Source: a virus
Virus record (IMG/VR): IMGVR_UViG_3300031787_000005
Length of the DNA stretch: 64,000 nt
Reading direction: 5' to 3' (one strand)
The position numbers and the translations under genes are program-made. The notes beneath the pieces were generated by a model. The model was not told where the DNA came from and searched no databases. It saw nothing but the letters and a program-made list of their open reading frames with translations. Numbering within the stretch: position 1 is the stretch's first letter; each line of letters begins with the position of its first letter. Positions 26,619-38,300 of the stretch are shown here, one piece after another.

Positions 26619-29600
26619 CTACGCGAGTGCAATTGCTCTAAGATCTTTGAATTTTGGTGGATTTGCTTCATCTGTGCTACTCATAACAATTTTAATAATA
26701 AATCCAGTGAATGGGTCAACGTCATTAATTGAGAATTGGTATTCAGAATATTGACCAACTGGGTTTGCCGCGACAAACGCATCTGCTCTTCCACTATTCA
26801 ATGATGGATCTATGATCGTATCACCAAATCCATCACCATCACTATCTCTTAGGTTATCATAACCTGGGAATAATTCATAAGATTGTGTAATTTCACTAGA
26901 ATCTGGTCTGAATAATCTGTATAGAACTCTAAAGTCAGCAGTCGATGGGCGATATGCGCCTATTAAAACTTTAAGAGATGATGCGGGTTGTTTTAGGGAT
27001 ATTTTCTTGGATATGTAAGCTGCTGTATGTGGATCATTAGTTAATTGATTAGATCTTCCATCTGAGACATAATTTTTAATTGGATTATTAATCCTTGTTC
27101 TTTGTAGGATGAGAGTTGTATTTTCTAAGTCCAGAACAGGAGATAGATTCTTATCATTTGAAGATAAAGTAACCGCGAGAGTTAATGATTTATTTCTTGG
27201 TAAAGCAGCTAATCTAGCTGCCTCATTTATTGATGAACATACTAATCTTGGGGTGTTAAAACTATTTGGTTGATTTAGCTCAAGACTCTCATATCCTTGA
27301 TCTTCAAATGATGTCTCTACACCACCAGCACTAGTTCCGCTTACGGTTCTAATTTCAGATTTTACTCTTGTTCCTTCACCTGGAGTTATGACATTTAATT
27401 GAGGTAGAATAGTATTAAATTGTAAATTCTGTGATGCTCTGACAGAAGATCCACCTAAAGATTTTTGATCATTGAAACTCAATTGAGTATCTCCACTTCC
27501 TCTGTCTGCTCTTGTAAATTGTAGGTAATACTTATCAGTATCTTTTAGACTAGTTAATGTAGCATTTGAAACCATATTATGTGATTTATTCAATCTGTGT
27601 AATGATACTCCATTTAATTCATACTTATATGCGATGTCTCCTACAGAATGATCTCTTGCCTGAGTTCCATTTGTACCTCTTGTTCCAATACCTAATGTAT
27701 TGTTTGCATTAACACTATTATAGAAAATAACTTCATTATTGACTTTAATGTATCCAGTCGATGAAGATTGACCTTCAAAAGTAGCAAATCCTGCAGTGCT
27801 AGCAAGAGAAACTGTAGTAGAGTTTAGTGTAATTACAGCAGTTAATGTTATTGGAGTAGTATTAGGTGTAATATTTGAAATTGAAACTTTATTAGAGTCT
27901 TGAGTCATTCCATGATTTGGGTGACTTACTTCAAAAGTTGTACCGGTATACAAGTCAGATAATACTGAAGAACTTCTTATTGTTGTATTTGCCATTGAAG
28001 TTCTCACATTATTATCAAAGTAAACTAATGCTGAACCCGATGTAAATTCTTCACCAGCAACATTTGAGAGATACAATGTATCAATATTTGATAAACCAGC
28101 AACTGTTATCGTCGCCTTTCCACCTTTTGGAGTAGTTAGAGTGCTAGTTGTTATTCCAAGAACATCACCAACAACATATCCATTTCCAGATTGACCTGCT
28201 CCAACATTTATTGATACTGCAGAGACAACGTTGTTTGCAACTGTAACTACTCCTGTAGCACCAGATCCATTACCATTAATGTTATAAAAATTTACATTGG
28301 AATAAGTTCCATTTGCAAATCCAGTACCTACTCCAGTTAAAGTTAAACCAGAAACTGAACCTCCAACTTGTTCAATATATCCAATTGGTCCTGGAGCATT
28401 ACCTTCACTTACTTTTCTTCCAGTATTAAGGATGCCTTGCATCGTGGCATAATTTGCCTGTGATGATAATACAGAAGTAATACCCACTCTAAGTTTTCTT
28501 GGAAGTGTTTTAATTGGATTCAAATTCAAGTCAGGTGTGATGTAAGTTGTATCACTGATAGTTGGATTATAGAAATAAACTGTTCCAGTCTTATTAACAA
28601 AATTTGCTTTATATAATTTAAATTTCATATCTTCAAACTGATTAGCAGTCCATATTGTTCCATTCTGTGATTTAAACAAACTTCCACCAATGTATTGTTT
28701 TGTTACAAGAACACTTTCTGCGTTTGGTAATGATTGAGTGTTAACTGTCTTTTCACCCATTCTCGCAATCCAACATTCATAATTATTTGAAGTTGGTGCT
28801 AAAACAACAATCGCGTATTCTCTATTTGGTTCCAGATAAATTGGGGATTGGAACTTTACATTAGTTGCAACTTCTGCATTTGATGAAACATTAACCTGTG
28901 TTGGTTCTAATGGAACTCTGCAGAAATCTTGGACCATCGTATTTGTTGGGGTTCCTAGTTCAACTGTTCTAAGCTCAACAAATACTTTCTCACTATCATC
29001 TTTGCTGGCAAAGAATAGATCTACTGAAGTTAAGAAAGCTCCAGTTTCATCTACTGTGAATGATTGTGCGAGAGGGTCCTTACCTCCTCTACGTGGTGGT
29101 GGTGGAGGTGGGGGTGGTTTTCTAACGGTAACTAAAGTTTGAGTATATACGTCTACAACTCCACTTGCGCTATAAGTAGTTTCTGCCGCACTAATTAGCA
29201 AACTACCAGTAACGTTTTGAGAATTACTTGAACTAGAAGTTAACTTAAATGCTCTGGTTCCTACTTGGAAACGAACTGATGGTGGTGGTGTTGTAAGAGG
29301 GTTTCTAAAGAATAATGCCCCTCCAACATCACCCCAGGTATCTGTGATCAAGCGAATGTCAGTAACTCTTGCTTGAGCACCGCTACTTTCACCAACTAAT
29401 ATGCAGTCTCTTGCAATTCTACCAAAAAATCTACCTTGAACTTCTTGTACTAAAGATCTAATATCAACGTTTAGAACTGTTGAAGATGAAGTGTAGTTTG
29501 ATGGTAAAGTTAATGACTTATTATATGGGTTTAATGTGAATACAGTTTGCCAGGAATTTGGATTATTAATATCACCTAATTTATGGTTGGGTGCTGCTAG

Positions 29601-32600
29601 TCTAAAAGTGACTATAGTATCAGATCCCAAATAACCTTTAACTACTTCTCCACTGCTGAATACACCAGAAATCATAGAGATTTCTATTAATTTGGGAACA
29701 ATATCAACTCCACTAGATCCATCAAAGAATGGATAGTATCTTGTTAATGGTTTTAGTCCACCTGCTGCGAATCCAACATTTCTAGATCTTAAATGGGTAT
29801 CTGGATAACTACTAGTCTTAATTGTCTCAATATATGTTCCATCATAAGAACCAGTAATTGTTCTGGTACCACCATCAACAAAAACATCTCTAACCCAGTT
29901 ATCTGTTGGTGGATGCAAGGTAATTCCACCATTGAATTCAATCATATTGAATGGATTTACATTCTCTACCCTAGAAGCAAGTGGCTGTTCAATCCATCCA
30001 ACTTCAGTGTAATTTAAAGTGATAATATCTCCAGTTTTCTTAACAGTTGATTCTAAAAGATTTAAATCTGCATTAAAATCTGCTGTACTATAGTCAGTTC
30101 CAGTTGCAAGTGCTAATTCTGGTGTAATTGAAAAATTCTGTATTGCTGGAACTAACTCTTGATTAACTGTATCAATTACTGCTTCTGCATCTGGATCACT
30201 TAACTCAATGAATGAATTGTCTTTAAAATCATCGACAAAAAATCCAGTTTTAAATCTACTTAAACCATCAGCATCTTGGATTTGTAAAGATTTTGTATTT
30301 AACTCCAGTAAACTTAATGATGTTGTTATTTCTAGATTTTTAATTCTATCTTCCAGTTTACCAATATCTCTCATTGTGTAACGTCTATTATCAACGAGAA
30401 TAATACTCGCATCTGAAGTGTTATACAGATATGGTGGTAATTCTATAGTTGCTATATCCATAGCTCCTTCAACATTTGTAGGAAGTTTTGGATCTAACGC
30501 TGGAACCCCCTGCACAACTGAAAATTGACCAAGACTATTTAAAACAAGTAGATCTTTTCTACCCAAATAATAATTGTAAGATATTAATGAACTTTCTCCA
30601 GGAGCAACGATGATTGCTGAGTTAGTTCCTGAAGTAGCAAAATTTCTACTTGCAAAAGCAAATGGTGATTGAGTTGTAGAGGTATTTACAGAAACCATTG
30701 GTCTAAAATCCAATGTATCTGTTGCCCTTGTTCCATCTGGTAAATATGGAACATCTTTAGTGAATCTTTCTGCTGGATAAGATGAAACTACAAATACATC
30801 TCCAGAATCACCTGACGGAACTTGATAATAATCAAATACAACTAGCAATTGTCTTGATGGAATAGAGTCAGTTTTTCTAACAATTTTTGAATAATCATAA
30901 TATTGATCTTTTTGACCTTTATCCAATGTAAAGTTATTTGTCACATCTAGGTACGAACCTTGAGTAATATTTTGTAGATTGGTTATAATCCCCGATTCTT
31001 CAAATGTAGATGTTTCACCAATAACAAACTTTTCTGTCGTTAGATAAACAATATTAACTTCGGACGATGATGGTATTTCTACAATTTGTGCTACTGCTCC
31101 ACTGGAAGATCCAATGATTCTTTCTCCAACAATGGCAGATATTGTAAGATTTAGTCCAGAAATAAAAGTTAACTTATCAAAAACTGGTTTTATGTTGTTT
31201 AGTGATTCAAATACTTTGGTAACCTTAACTACATCTGGTCTATTCAGAGATATTTCTTTATCCTCTACTCTTAGTCCATAAAATGAATTCTTAGTCAATC
31301 CATTGTTATCAGTTGAAATGCCGGTCTGAGAGTTATTTACAATAAGTTGACCCGATCTTATGTAACTCTTTTGTTTGGCCAACATTGAGTTTTTCACAAG
31401 AGTAACGTTTATAGTTACATTATTAGATTGTGACGTTCTAAGACCATTAACAGTTAATTGGGTACCATCACCAGAAATAGTAAATTGATCACCAGATAAA
31501 TCTTCAATTGCACCATCAGAATAGTGAACAGAATATCTGTCAGCATCAAAGGATTGGAAAAATGCACTTGTGATACCAACTGATGATGTTGTTAATGTTA
31601 ACGTTCCACTAGCATTGGTAGATTGTCCTGTAATTTGTCTTCTAAGTTGAATATTTGATGATGATAGATTTACTGATCCAACATTTTTATTACTTAACTT
31701 TGCGTATAGACCTTGATTTTCTTTGTTTAAAATTGTTGGAACACCTAGTGTTGCAGTAACTCCACTCACTGTTGAACCTGGCAGTGCTCCACTGCAAACA
31801 TCTGTTACGTCAGTAACTGCAACTAAAGTAATCGTTTTTAAATCTGCTGAAATTGAAGAGACTCTATTAAAAGTTTCTGTTGCAACACCAGCAATTTGAT
31901 ATCTAATAATAGAACCAACCTTAACTAATCCGAAAGTTTTTCCTGGGCAAGTCATTGCACCAGCAGTGGTAATTTGGAACTTATCACTTAGAATAAATCC
32001 AGGAATATTTGATCTTTGGAGAATAACATCTCCACCAAAATCTGTTTGGAATCCCGAAAATGTTGGATTAGAATCTTGCCATACTGATTTAATATCTTCT
32101 GTAGAATAAGCAGTTACGGAAGAAACACTTCTGGGAAATTCTTGAGTTTCATTAATTATAAGTGCTTCCCCTACAATAAAGGTTCCAGAGGTCTGTATGA
32201 GGTTTATTGTTGTGCCTGCAGCAGCAGTTACCACATATCCTGATGCTCCGCTACTCACACCCCTTACAAGAGATGTAGCGGGGCACTGAGTCGAGTTAAG
32301 TGCTTGATTTAATGTTAGAGTTATATATGTCTGTAAGTCAAATAAGAACAAGTCCCAGGAAGTTGCACCAGTTCTATAAATGTCATCCGTTAATCCAAAT
32401 GAATAAACTCTTGCTTCGCCAATTTCAGTTCCATTTCCAGCGGTTGTTGAGTTTCTTCTTTGATTATAAAGTTTTACTTTGTTACTGTTATTGTTTATTC
32501 CAAAAAATGGAGTACCAAAAACGTTATTTAATCTTAATAATGTACCAAATTCAAAAGGAATGAGTGCTCTTGGAACCAATGCCGTTGTTCTTGGTTTTTC

Positions 32601-33728
32601 TACATCAACAATAGTATCTGTTTGTTTTTCTATATCAAAACCTTTAACGTATGCTCTACCTGGAGAAATTTTTACAGACATTAGATTGTCTGATGGGGTT
32701 AGTCCGTTTTGTGTTGTTTCTCCAGGTAAATAAGTACCTTCATTTGAAAGTCTATCATTTAAAGATTCTGTGACATTGACTATAAACTTATCTACTGCAT
32801 AATTTCCCGACTCTTCAAATGTCCTCTTTGCAAAATAATCTTTAACGATTGAATATGTCGATTTATTCTGTAATTTTTTAATTAATCCACCATTTAATCT
32901 TAATAACTCTACGAAATTCTTATCATCAATATCCGTTAGTGGTTTTTTAGTTAACGTCGTTGAAATTTTTAATCTGTCTGCACCTGGTGCAGCAAAGTTA
33001 GAAAATCCTCTTGCATTATCATAAAGATTTGGATCTTCTTTGATTGTGGTTATTTCTTCCGAAATATTTAATCCTACTCTATACGATGGTTCATTTGTAT
33101 ATGGATCTAAAACAATTTTATCTGCTGAAACATTAACAAAAGATCCTCTGATGAAATATACACCATTTGCAACAGCTGCAGCACAACCAATAGCACAAGC
33201 ACCAGTTGCTATTAAAGTTGCTACAGTATCATCTTCATTTAATGTCGTATTTCCATATGTAAATGCTGTTTCAGTTATTAACTCTTCTCCATCATCTAAA
33301 AACTTAATCGTGTTATCATCGCCAGCATTTAGATATTGGACGAATAATGTCAAATCAGTAATTTCGCTTGAATCCTCTGGGGTTAAATATGAGTCTACTA
33401 CTACGGAAATACCAGTAATTGATCCTGTGAGTTTTTTGCCAATTAATTGATCGGCATATAAAATAACAGGAATTCCAAGATGCTCTGTGTTTATTTTTAT
33501 CGAATGATAATCCGAAATATAAGTAATGCCACCAGGAATAACCATGGAGCCATCTTTAAACATATGGCTTCCAAAAGACTCAATTTGATCTTGAAGGATA
33601 GATTGTAAAGTTGTTAATTCTCTTGCCTGAATTGGAAATCCAGGTTTGAATAAAACTCTATAATAGTTATTCTCTTTATCAAAATCATCATAATATGGAT
33701 TAAGATTTAGATTAGTCTTTTGTGGCAT
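26619..33728 (-). CDS. Large virion structural protein, VrlC/DUF4815-like, 2369 aa
   Basis: MPQKTNLNLNPYYDDFD...RVLFKPGFPIQARELTTLQS, DPLAQSF, GSLFKSQNG..W, EDMKF; follows gp8. Confidence 0.88.
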   Translation of the reverse strand: MPQKTNLNLNPYYDDFDKENNYYRVLFKPGFPIQARELTTLQSILQDQIESFGSHMFKDGSMVIPGGITYISDYHSIKINTEHLGIPVILYADQLIGKKLTGSITGISVVVDSYLTPEDSSEITDLTLFVQYLNAGDDNTIKFLDDGEELITETAFTYGNTTLNEDDTVATLIATGACAIGCAAAVANGVYFIRGSFVNVSADKIVLDPYTNEPSYRVGLNISEEITTIKEDPNLYDNARGFSNFAAPGADRLKISTTLTKKPLTDIDDKNFVELLRLNGGLIKKLQNKSTYSIVKDYFAKRTFEESGNYAVDKFIVNVTESLNDRLSNEGTYLPGETTQNGLTPSDNLMSVKISPGRAYVKGFDIEKQTDTIVDVEKPRTTALVPRALIPFEFGTLLRLNNVFGTPFFGINNNSNKVKLYNQRRNSTTAGNGTEIGEARVYSFGLTDDIYRTGATSWDLFLFDLQTYITLTLNQALNSTQCPATSLVRGVSSGASGYVVTAAAGTTINLIQTSGTFIVGEALIINETQEFPRSVSSVTAYSTEDIKSVWQDSNPTFSGFQTDFGGDVILQRSNIPGFILSDKFQITTAGAMTCPGKTFGLVKVGSIIRYQIAGVATETFNRVSSISADLKTITLVAVTDVTDVCSGALPGSTVSGVTATLGVPTILNKENQGLYAKLSNKNVGSVNLSSSNIQLRRQITGQSTNASGTLTLTTSSVGITSAFFQSFDADRYSVHYSDGAIEDLSGDQFTISGDGTQLTVNGLRTSQSNNVTINVTLVKNSMLAKQKSYIRSGQLIVNNSQTGISTDNNGLTKNSFYGLRVEDKEISLNRPDVVKVTKVFESLNNIKPVFDKLTFISGLNLTISAIVGERIIGSSSGAVAQIVEIPSSSEVNIVYLTTEKFVIGETSTFEESGIITNLQNITQGSYLDVTNNFTLDKGQKDQYYDYSKIVRKTDSIPSRQLLVVFDYYQVPSGDSGDVFVVSSYPAERFTKDVPYLPDGTRATDTLDFRPMVSVNTSTTQSPFAFASRNFATSGTNSAIIVAPGESSLISYNYYLGRKDLLVLNSLGQFSVVQGVPALDPKLPTNVEGAMDIATIELPPYLYNTSDASIILVDNRRYTMRDIGKLEDRIKNLEITTSLSLLELNTKSLQIQDADGLSRFKTGFFVDDFKDNSFIELSDPDAEAVIDTVNQELVPAIQNFSITPELALATGTDYSTADFNADLNLLESTVKKTGDIITLNYTEVGWIEQPLASRVENVNPFNMIEFNGGITLHPPTDNWVRDVFVDGGTRTITGSYDGTYIETIKTSSYPDTHLRSRNVGFAAGGLKPLTRYYPFFDGSSGVDIVPKLIEISMISGVFSSGEVVKGYLGSDTIVTFRLAAPNHKLGDINNPNSWQTVFTLNPYNKSLTLPSNYTSSSTVLNVDIRSLVQEVQGRFFGRIARDCILVGESSGAQARVTDIRLITDTWGDVGGALFFRNPLTTPPPSVRFQVGTRAFKLTSSSSNSQNVTGSLLISAAETTYSASGVVDVYTQTLVTVRKPPPPPPPPRRGGKDPLAQSFTVDETGAFLTSVDLFFASKDDSEKVFVELRTVELGTPTNTMVQDFCRVPLEPTQVNVSSNAEVATNVKFQSPIYLEPNREYAIVVLAPTSNNYECWIARMGEKTVNTQSLPNAESVLVTKQYIGGSLFKSQNGTIWTANQFEDMKFKLYKANFVNKTGTVYFYNPTISDTTYITPDLNLNPIKTLPRKLRVGITSVLSSQANYATMQGILNTGRKVSEGNAPGPIGYIEQVGGSVSGLTLTGVGTGFANGTYSNVNFYNINGNGSGATGVVTVANNVVSAVSINVGAGQSGNGYVVGDVLGITTSTLTTPKGGKATITVAGLSNIDTLYLSNVAGEEFTSGSALVYFDNNVRTSMANTTIRSSSVLSDLYTGTTFEVSHPNHGMTQDSNKVSISNITPNTTPITLTAVITLNSTTVSLASTAGFATFEGQSSSTGYIKVNNEVIFYNSVNANNTLGIGTRGTNGTQARDHSVGDIAYKYELNGVSLHRLNKSHNMVSNATLTSLKDTDKYYLQFTRADRGSGDTQLSFNDQKSLGGSSVRASQNLQFNTILPQLNVITPGEGTRVKSEIRTVSGTSAGGVETSFEDQGYESLELNQPNSFNTPRLVCSSINEAARLAALPRNKSLTLAVTLSSNDKNLSPVLDLENTTLILQRTRINNPIKNYVSDGRSNQLTNDPHTAAYISKKISLKQPASSLKVLIGAYRPSTADFRVLYRLFRPDSSEITQSYELFPGYDNLRDSDGDGFGDTIIDPSLNSGRADAFVAANPVGQYSEYQFSINDVDPFTGFIIKIVMSSTDEANPPKFKDLRAIALA

Positions 33729-33730
33729 TT

Positions 33731-35281
33731 TTAAAATTCCAGAATGATTTTAACGTCTTCTTTTTGTCGAGAATTTCTACTAATTGCGGGTCTATTGTCA
33801 ATATAAAGAACATCCCCCGATCCTTTATTTATCTCAGGAGAAGCAAGACCATTAGTAAATCTAGATCCTAAACTAATAATTTTAGTACCTGTTGGATTTG
33901 TTGTAATTCCAGTAAATGAAATATCAATTGATCCAACAAATCCACCATTTGTTGTTAATGGAGTTGCAGTTGATTGAAAATCTAAAACTTTAGATGCTGT
34001 TCCAACTCCAATATAATCTGTTTGATCCAAATAAGTTTGGTTAAAATATAATGATCTATCTCTAAAATATTTTAGAACCTTTGTTTCTTCATCATATGAG
34101 GCAACATATCCTTTAGCGATTCCACCAGTTACATTTTGAGATACAATATCTCCAATATTAATCGATCCACTAGTTGAAATAAATTTCACTGCATATAATG
34201 AAGAAAATTCACTATCTGTATATGTTGACGTTGATCCAATGGAAGTTGGATTTTTTAGAACTGCTATTTGAGCAAATTTTGTATCTACAGGAAAATCTTT
34301 TGTAGAATCGTCAAATCTTGCATAGATTAAAACTCTGTCAGCACCTAGTTCTTTATATAAATCATATCCATGTCCTTTTGATGGTGGAATTATTGGAATT
34401 AACTTTGCAAAATTTGCAGATGCATTGGAGTTAATCGTTGCTAAATTTACAATTCCAAAAGTATAACCTTTTCCACCAGCAGAAACTGTAGCATTTGTGA
34501 TTTCACCACCAACCACATCAAGAATTACTTTTCCGCCAGTTCCATCACCTAGAATATCAACTTCCTGTCCCAGTCCCCCAGAATATCCAGATCCTCGATT
34601 TGCAATATAAACTTTTTTAATTTGATTATTATTTACACTAGAATCTCCATTAGATCTAACAGCATCTATTTGAGTATCAGTTGATGTACTCCAATTATTT
34701 GGTAATGAAATATACTCTGTAGAATCAAATTTAATAATATCATTAGGTGCTACTGTAAACAAATACTTCCAAAGATATCCATCTCCACTTTCACCTGCTC
34801 TAGAAGGTTCCAGAGTTGTGAAAAGTGGTTGATCTTGAGAAGCATTACCAGTGGTGTTTATTCCCGAAGATCCATTATCAATGCAAACATAAACACCATA
34901 ATTTTCATTCATTACATAATAATTTGCATCATACAATCTTGTTGATTGTGTTACTGGAGATGGTGCTTCAACACCATAATCATGTCTGTACATCTCATAT
35001 CTTGTACCTTTGCTCCAATCAATTCTTCTTATAAGTCTTCTTACGTTCAAACTGGTTACTTTTTTTCCAAATAAAATGGTATCTCCAATATGATTAACAT
35101 TATTAATGTTATCAAGAGGACTTGGTACATTTGTATTCCAAGAAGGAGTGCCACCAAAACCAACTCTTGTTGGGTTTGCCAAACCTAAAACAACATAATA
35201 TGAATTGTTGACATTATCAACAGTATCTACAAAATTATTTGCATTTAAAATTCTAAATTGATCCGTTACAATAGCAGCCAT
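33731..35281 (-). CDS. gp8: Baseplate wedge subunit
   Basis: RRIDWSKGTRYEMYRHDY, VYVCIDNG, DGYLWKYLFTV, GHGYD...ELGA; TAAATA at 35303-35308. Confidence 0.88.
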   Translation of the reverse strand: MAAIVTDQFRILNANNFVDTVDNVNNSYYVVLGLANPTRVGFGGTPSWNTNVPSPLDNINNVNHIGDTILFGKKVTSLNVRRLIRRIDWSKGTRYEMYRHDYGVEAPSPVTQSTRLYDANYYVMNENYGVYVCIDNGSSGINTTGNASQDQPLFTTLEPSRAGESGDGYLWKYLFTVAPNDIIKFDSTEYISLPNNWSTSTDTQIDAVRSNGDSSVNNNQIKKVYIANRGSGYSGGLGQEVDILGDGTGGKVILDVVGGEITNATVSAGGKGYTFGIVNLATINSNASANFAKLIPIIPPSKGHGYDLYKELGADRVLIYARFDDSTKDFPVDTKFAQIAVLKNPTSIGSTSTYTDSEFSSLYAVKFISTSGSINIGDIVSQNVTGGIAKGYVASYDEETKVLKYFRDRSLYFNQTYLDQTDYIGVGTASKVLDFQSTATPLTTNGGFVGSIDISFTGITTNPTGTKIISLGSRFTNGLASPEINKGSGDVLYIDNRPAISRNSRQKEDVKIILEF

Positions 35282-35316
35282 TATACACTTAGCTTTTTTC
35301 TATATTTATATTAGGT

Positions 35317-38300
35317 TTAATCGAGAAGTTTTCTGAGTGATCCAGTACTTCTTAATCCATAATCTCTTCTTTCTATTGATGGGAAAGTTGATAAACCTGA
35401 ATCAACTCTTAAACCACTTACCGTAACCCCAATCGCAACAGATCCTCTTATTATAGGACTTAATTTACCCCAAGAGAATCTACCTACAAAAGATCCAGAT
35501 GTTGTCAATCCAGTAATATTACTATTTGATCCAATATTTGTAATTATCTCCGCATTAGTTGCTGCTCTGGTAATACTATGAACATAATAAATGTTATTCA
35601 AGAAAGTAGTTCCAACTCCAACTGGAGAAGCATCTCCCGAATCTACAGAAGTAACACCTCTGCCAACATTAGTGTCTGTGACGCAAATTGGATATCCAAC
35701 TTGTAAACTACTAAAATCTCCGCTGGAAATCTTAAGATTTAATTTAAGTGCTAGTGAATGTCCACCCGTTCCAGTTGTGGTTGATATGCCCGTAATAATT
35801 CCAGCAAAACCTTCAATTACACTAATATTTCTAACTCTTTCTTTCAAAGGAGCAGGCGTTGGTACTAAAACTTTAGGTGCAACTGTATATCCTAGTCCAG
35901 GATTGGTTATGGTAATTGGGGTAGTTAATCTACCATTAGTGATTGTTACTGTTGCCGTAGCAGTAGTTCCTATCCCAACTCCAAGATTTCTTGGTCGAGT
36001 AATTGAAACTGTTGTTGTATTTCCAACATATCCAGATCCAGCATTTACAATAGTAAGTCCAGTTACTCTTGTATTAGTAACATTAATTGATGCGGTCATT
36101 GATCCAGTTGAATATCCAGTATCATATACGATCAATCCACCAACAGATTCTATGATTGTTGCGGAAGCATCTTCTTCGTAGTTAAAGAATCTTGCATCAT
36201 CAACAAAAAGTTCAGTAGATGCAGGTGTAAAATCTTTTATAATTCTTGCAACTGGATAAATCTGAGACTCTAAAGAATCTCTAGTTTTATATATTGTTTC
36301 ACCATTAATTACTTTATCAATTTTTTGTTTTTTCCATGCAAGTTCTCTAAAATTATCATCATCTATACCCAATCCAGTATAAAGATTAGTTTCTATACTA
36401 TCAGATGCAGCAATTAATGTAATTGTTCTATCTTTCTGTTCTTTGGAAGATGCAATTCCAGTAAATGCTGATAGTTTAACACTATCACCAGATTTTAATG
36501 TTTCTGGTACATCTATGGTAATGCTATCAGACTCTTTTGTACCATTATAGAAGAATATTGAAATACTATCTTCAAATTCTGGTGCCTGAGTAAATGTAAA
36601 TGATGTGCCCCCTGTAAATTCATAAGATTCACCAGGAACTTGAAGAACATTATTGATAAAGATCAAAAGTAAATTCTCCAGTTTTATCAATGATGATTCT
36701 GCATCTTGATCATTAGTTTCAAAACTCAATAACTTACCAGCAAATGCAAGTGGGAATCTCTTTCTCACTCCATTTTGTAGCGGTTTAATGGAATCAATAT
36801 AATCAAATTCTCCAAGTTCCCATGATGCTAATTGGTCACTATAAGTCTGTAATACCGTAATGCTAAAATCACTTATTGGACTTGCTAGTCTAGCATCTGT
36901 GACTAGACCAACTGGTTTAAATACATCACCAACTCTAAATGCATATCCAGGTCTAGAAATATCAAACTCAGTTACTTGGAATAGTGATCCAGGTGCAACT
37001 GTTTTTGATGCTGGAATTATACCAGTTGCGATTGTGGTTGTAATGATCCCAACAAAAGATCCTATTGCTGAAGCAACGTTAGCACAATCAGATGGTGAAT
37101 AGACCCCAGGCACTCCAGAAATATCACCAATTACTGTAAAGTCAAATATTTGTATCTCATTTGTATAACCACCTCTGTTTATAGCCTCATTTCGCATGGC
37201 TTGAATAGCCATATCTCTAGCTTGATTGAATGCATATATTGATTGTTGCTCTTCTCCATATAGGAGTGCTGGATTTGTTTTATATAAATTAGCTGCGTCC
37301 CAAACTTTATCATTTCCACCAAATCTTAAATTGTGTGTAATTGTTTGTAAAACGGATTTAATGTCATCGACACACTCTGCATTGCCATTAGGAACTGAGA
37401 ATCCAGGGTAGAATGCTAACATTCTTCCTACAGCAACTTCCGCAATTAGTTGTATGTTGCTTTCAATTAAATTAGCAGCATCATAAAATACACCATCATA
37501 TGCAATATTATCATTTGAACCAACTTTGAGTGTTAATAGTGTATTTAATCCACTATCTGTTGTTGATCCAAGACCAACTCTGGATACTCCAACAATTGGT
37601 AGATTTTCATAAGATGGTTCTCTAATATTGATATTTGTGGTTGTAGCAGCATATCCAGTTCCAGCATTAGCGATTGAGAATATAAGTGTTCCACCAGCTC
37701 CTACAACAGCATTAATAACGCCAGAATTTCCGGTTGGTGATGTAATTGCAATGGAAACGGGTCCACCATAATATCCAGAACCATAATTATAATCTTTCCA
37801 TTCAATTCCTACAGAACATGATCCAAGACCAGTATAAGTATGTGCAATTGTTGAAATTCCACCATTAACTACAATTGTACTGCCACCTGTTCCAACTAAA
37901 GATCTGAAAATACCGCCTTCTGGACCTGCTCCTGGATATGGGAAAATATTTGTTGTTACCCCAACTGTTGCAGTTCCTCCAGATACATATACATGATTTA
38001 CCGTTGAAACTCCAACATTTAGAACAATAGTGGTTCCAGCTGTCCCAGCAATGACTCTATAAACATCATAAGTACCTTCAAGAGTATTCTTACTACTTTG
38101 TGGGTATGCATTACCTAGAGTTCCAATACCTGCGGGATATGGGAATCTAGTTGTTGAATATCCTATTGGATTGCCAGGGCATGAAAGAATTATATTTGCC
38201 AATCTTACATATTTTCCTGCTCTTAAATTATGATTTCCATTAACTGTGATTGTTGCAATCCCAGCAGTTCTATTATAAACTAATCCAGTTACATTAAATG

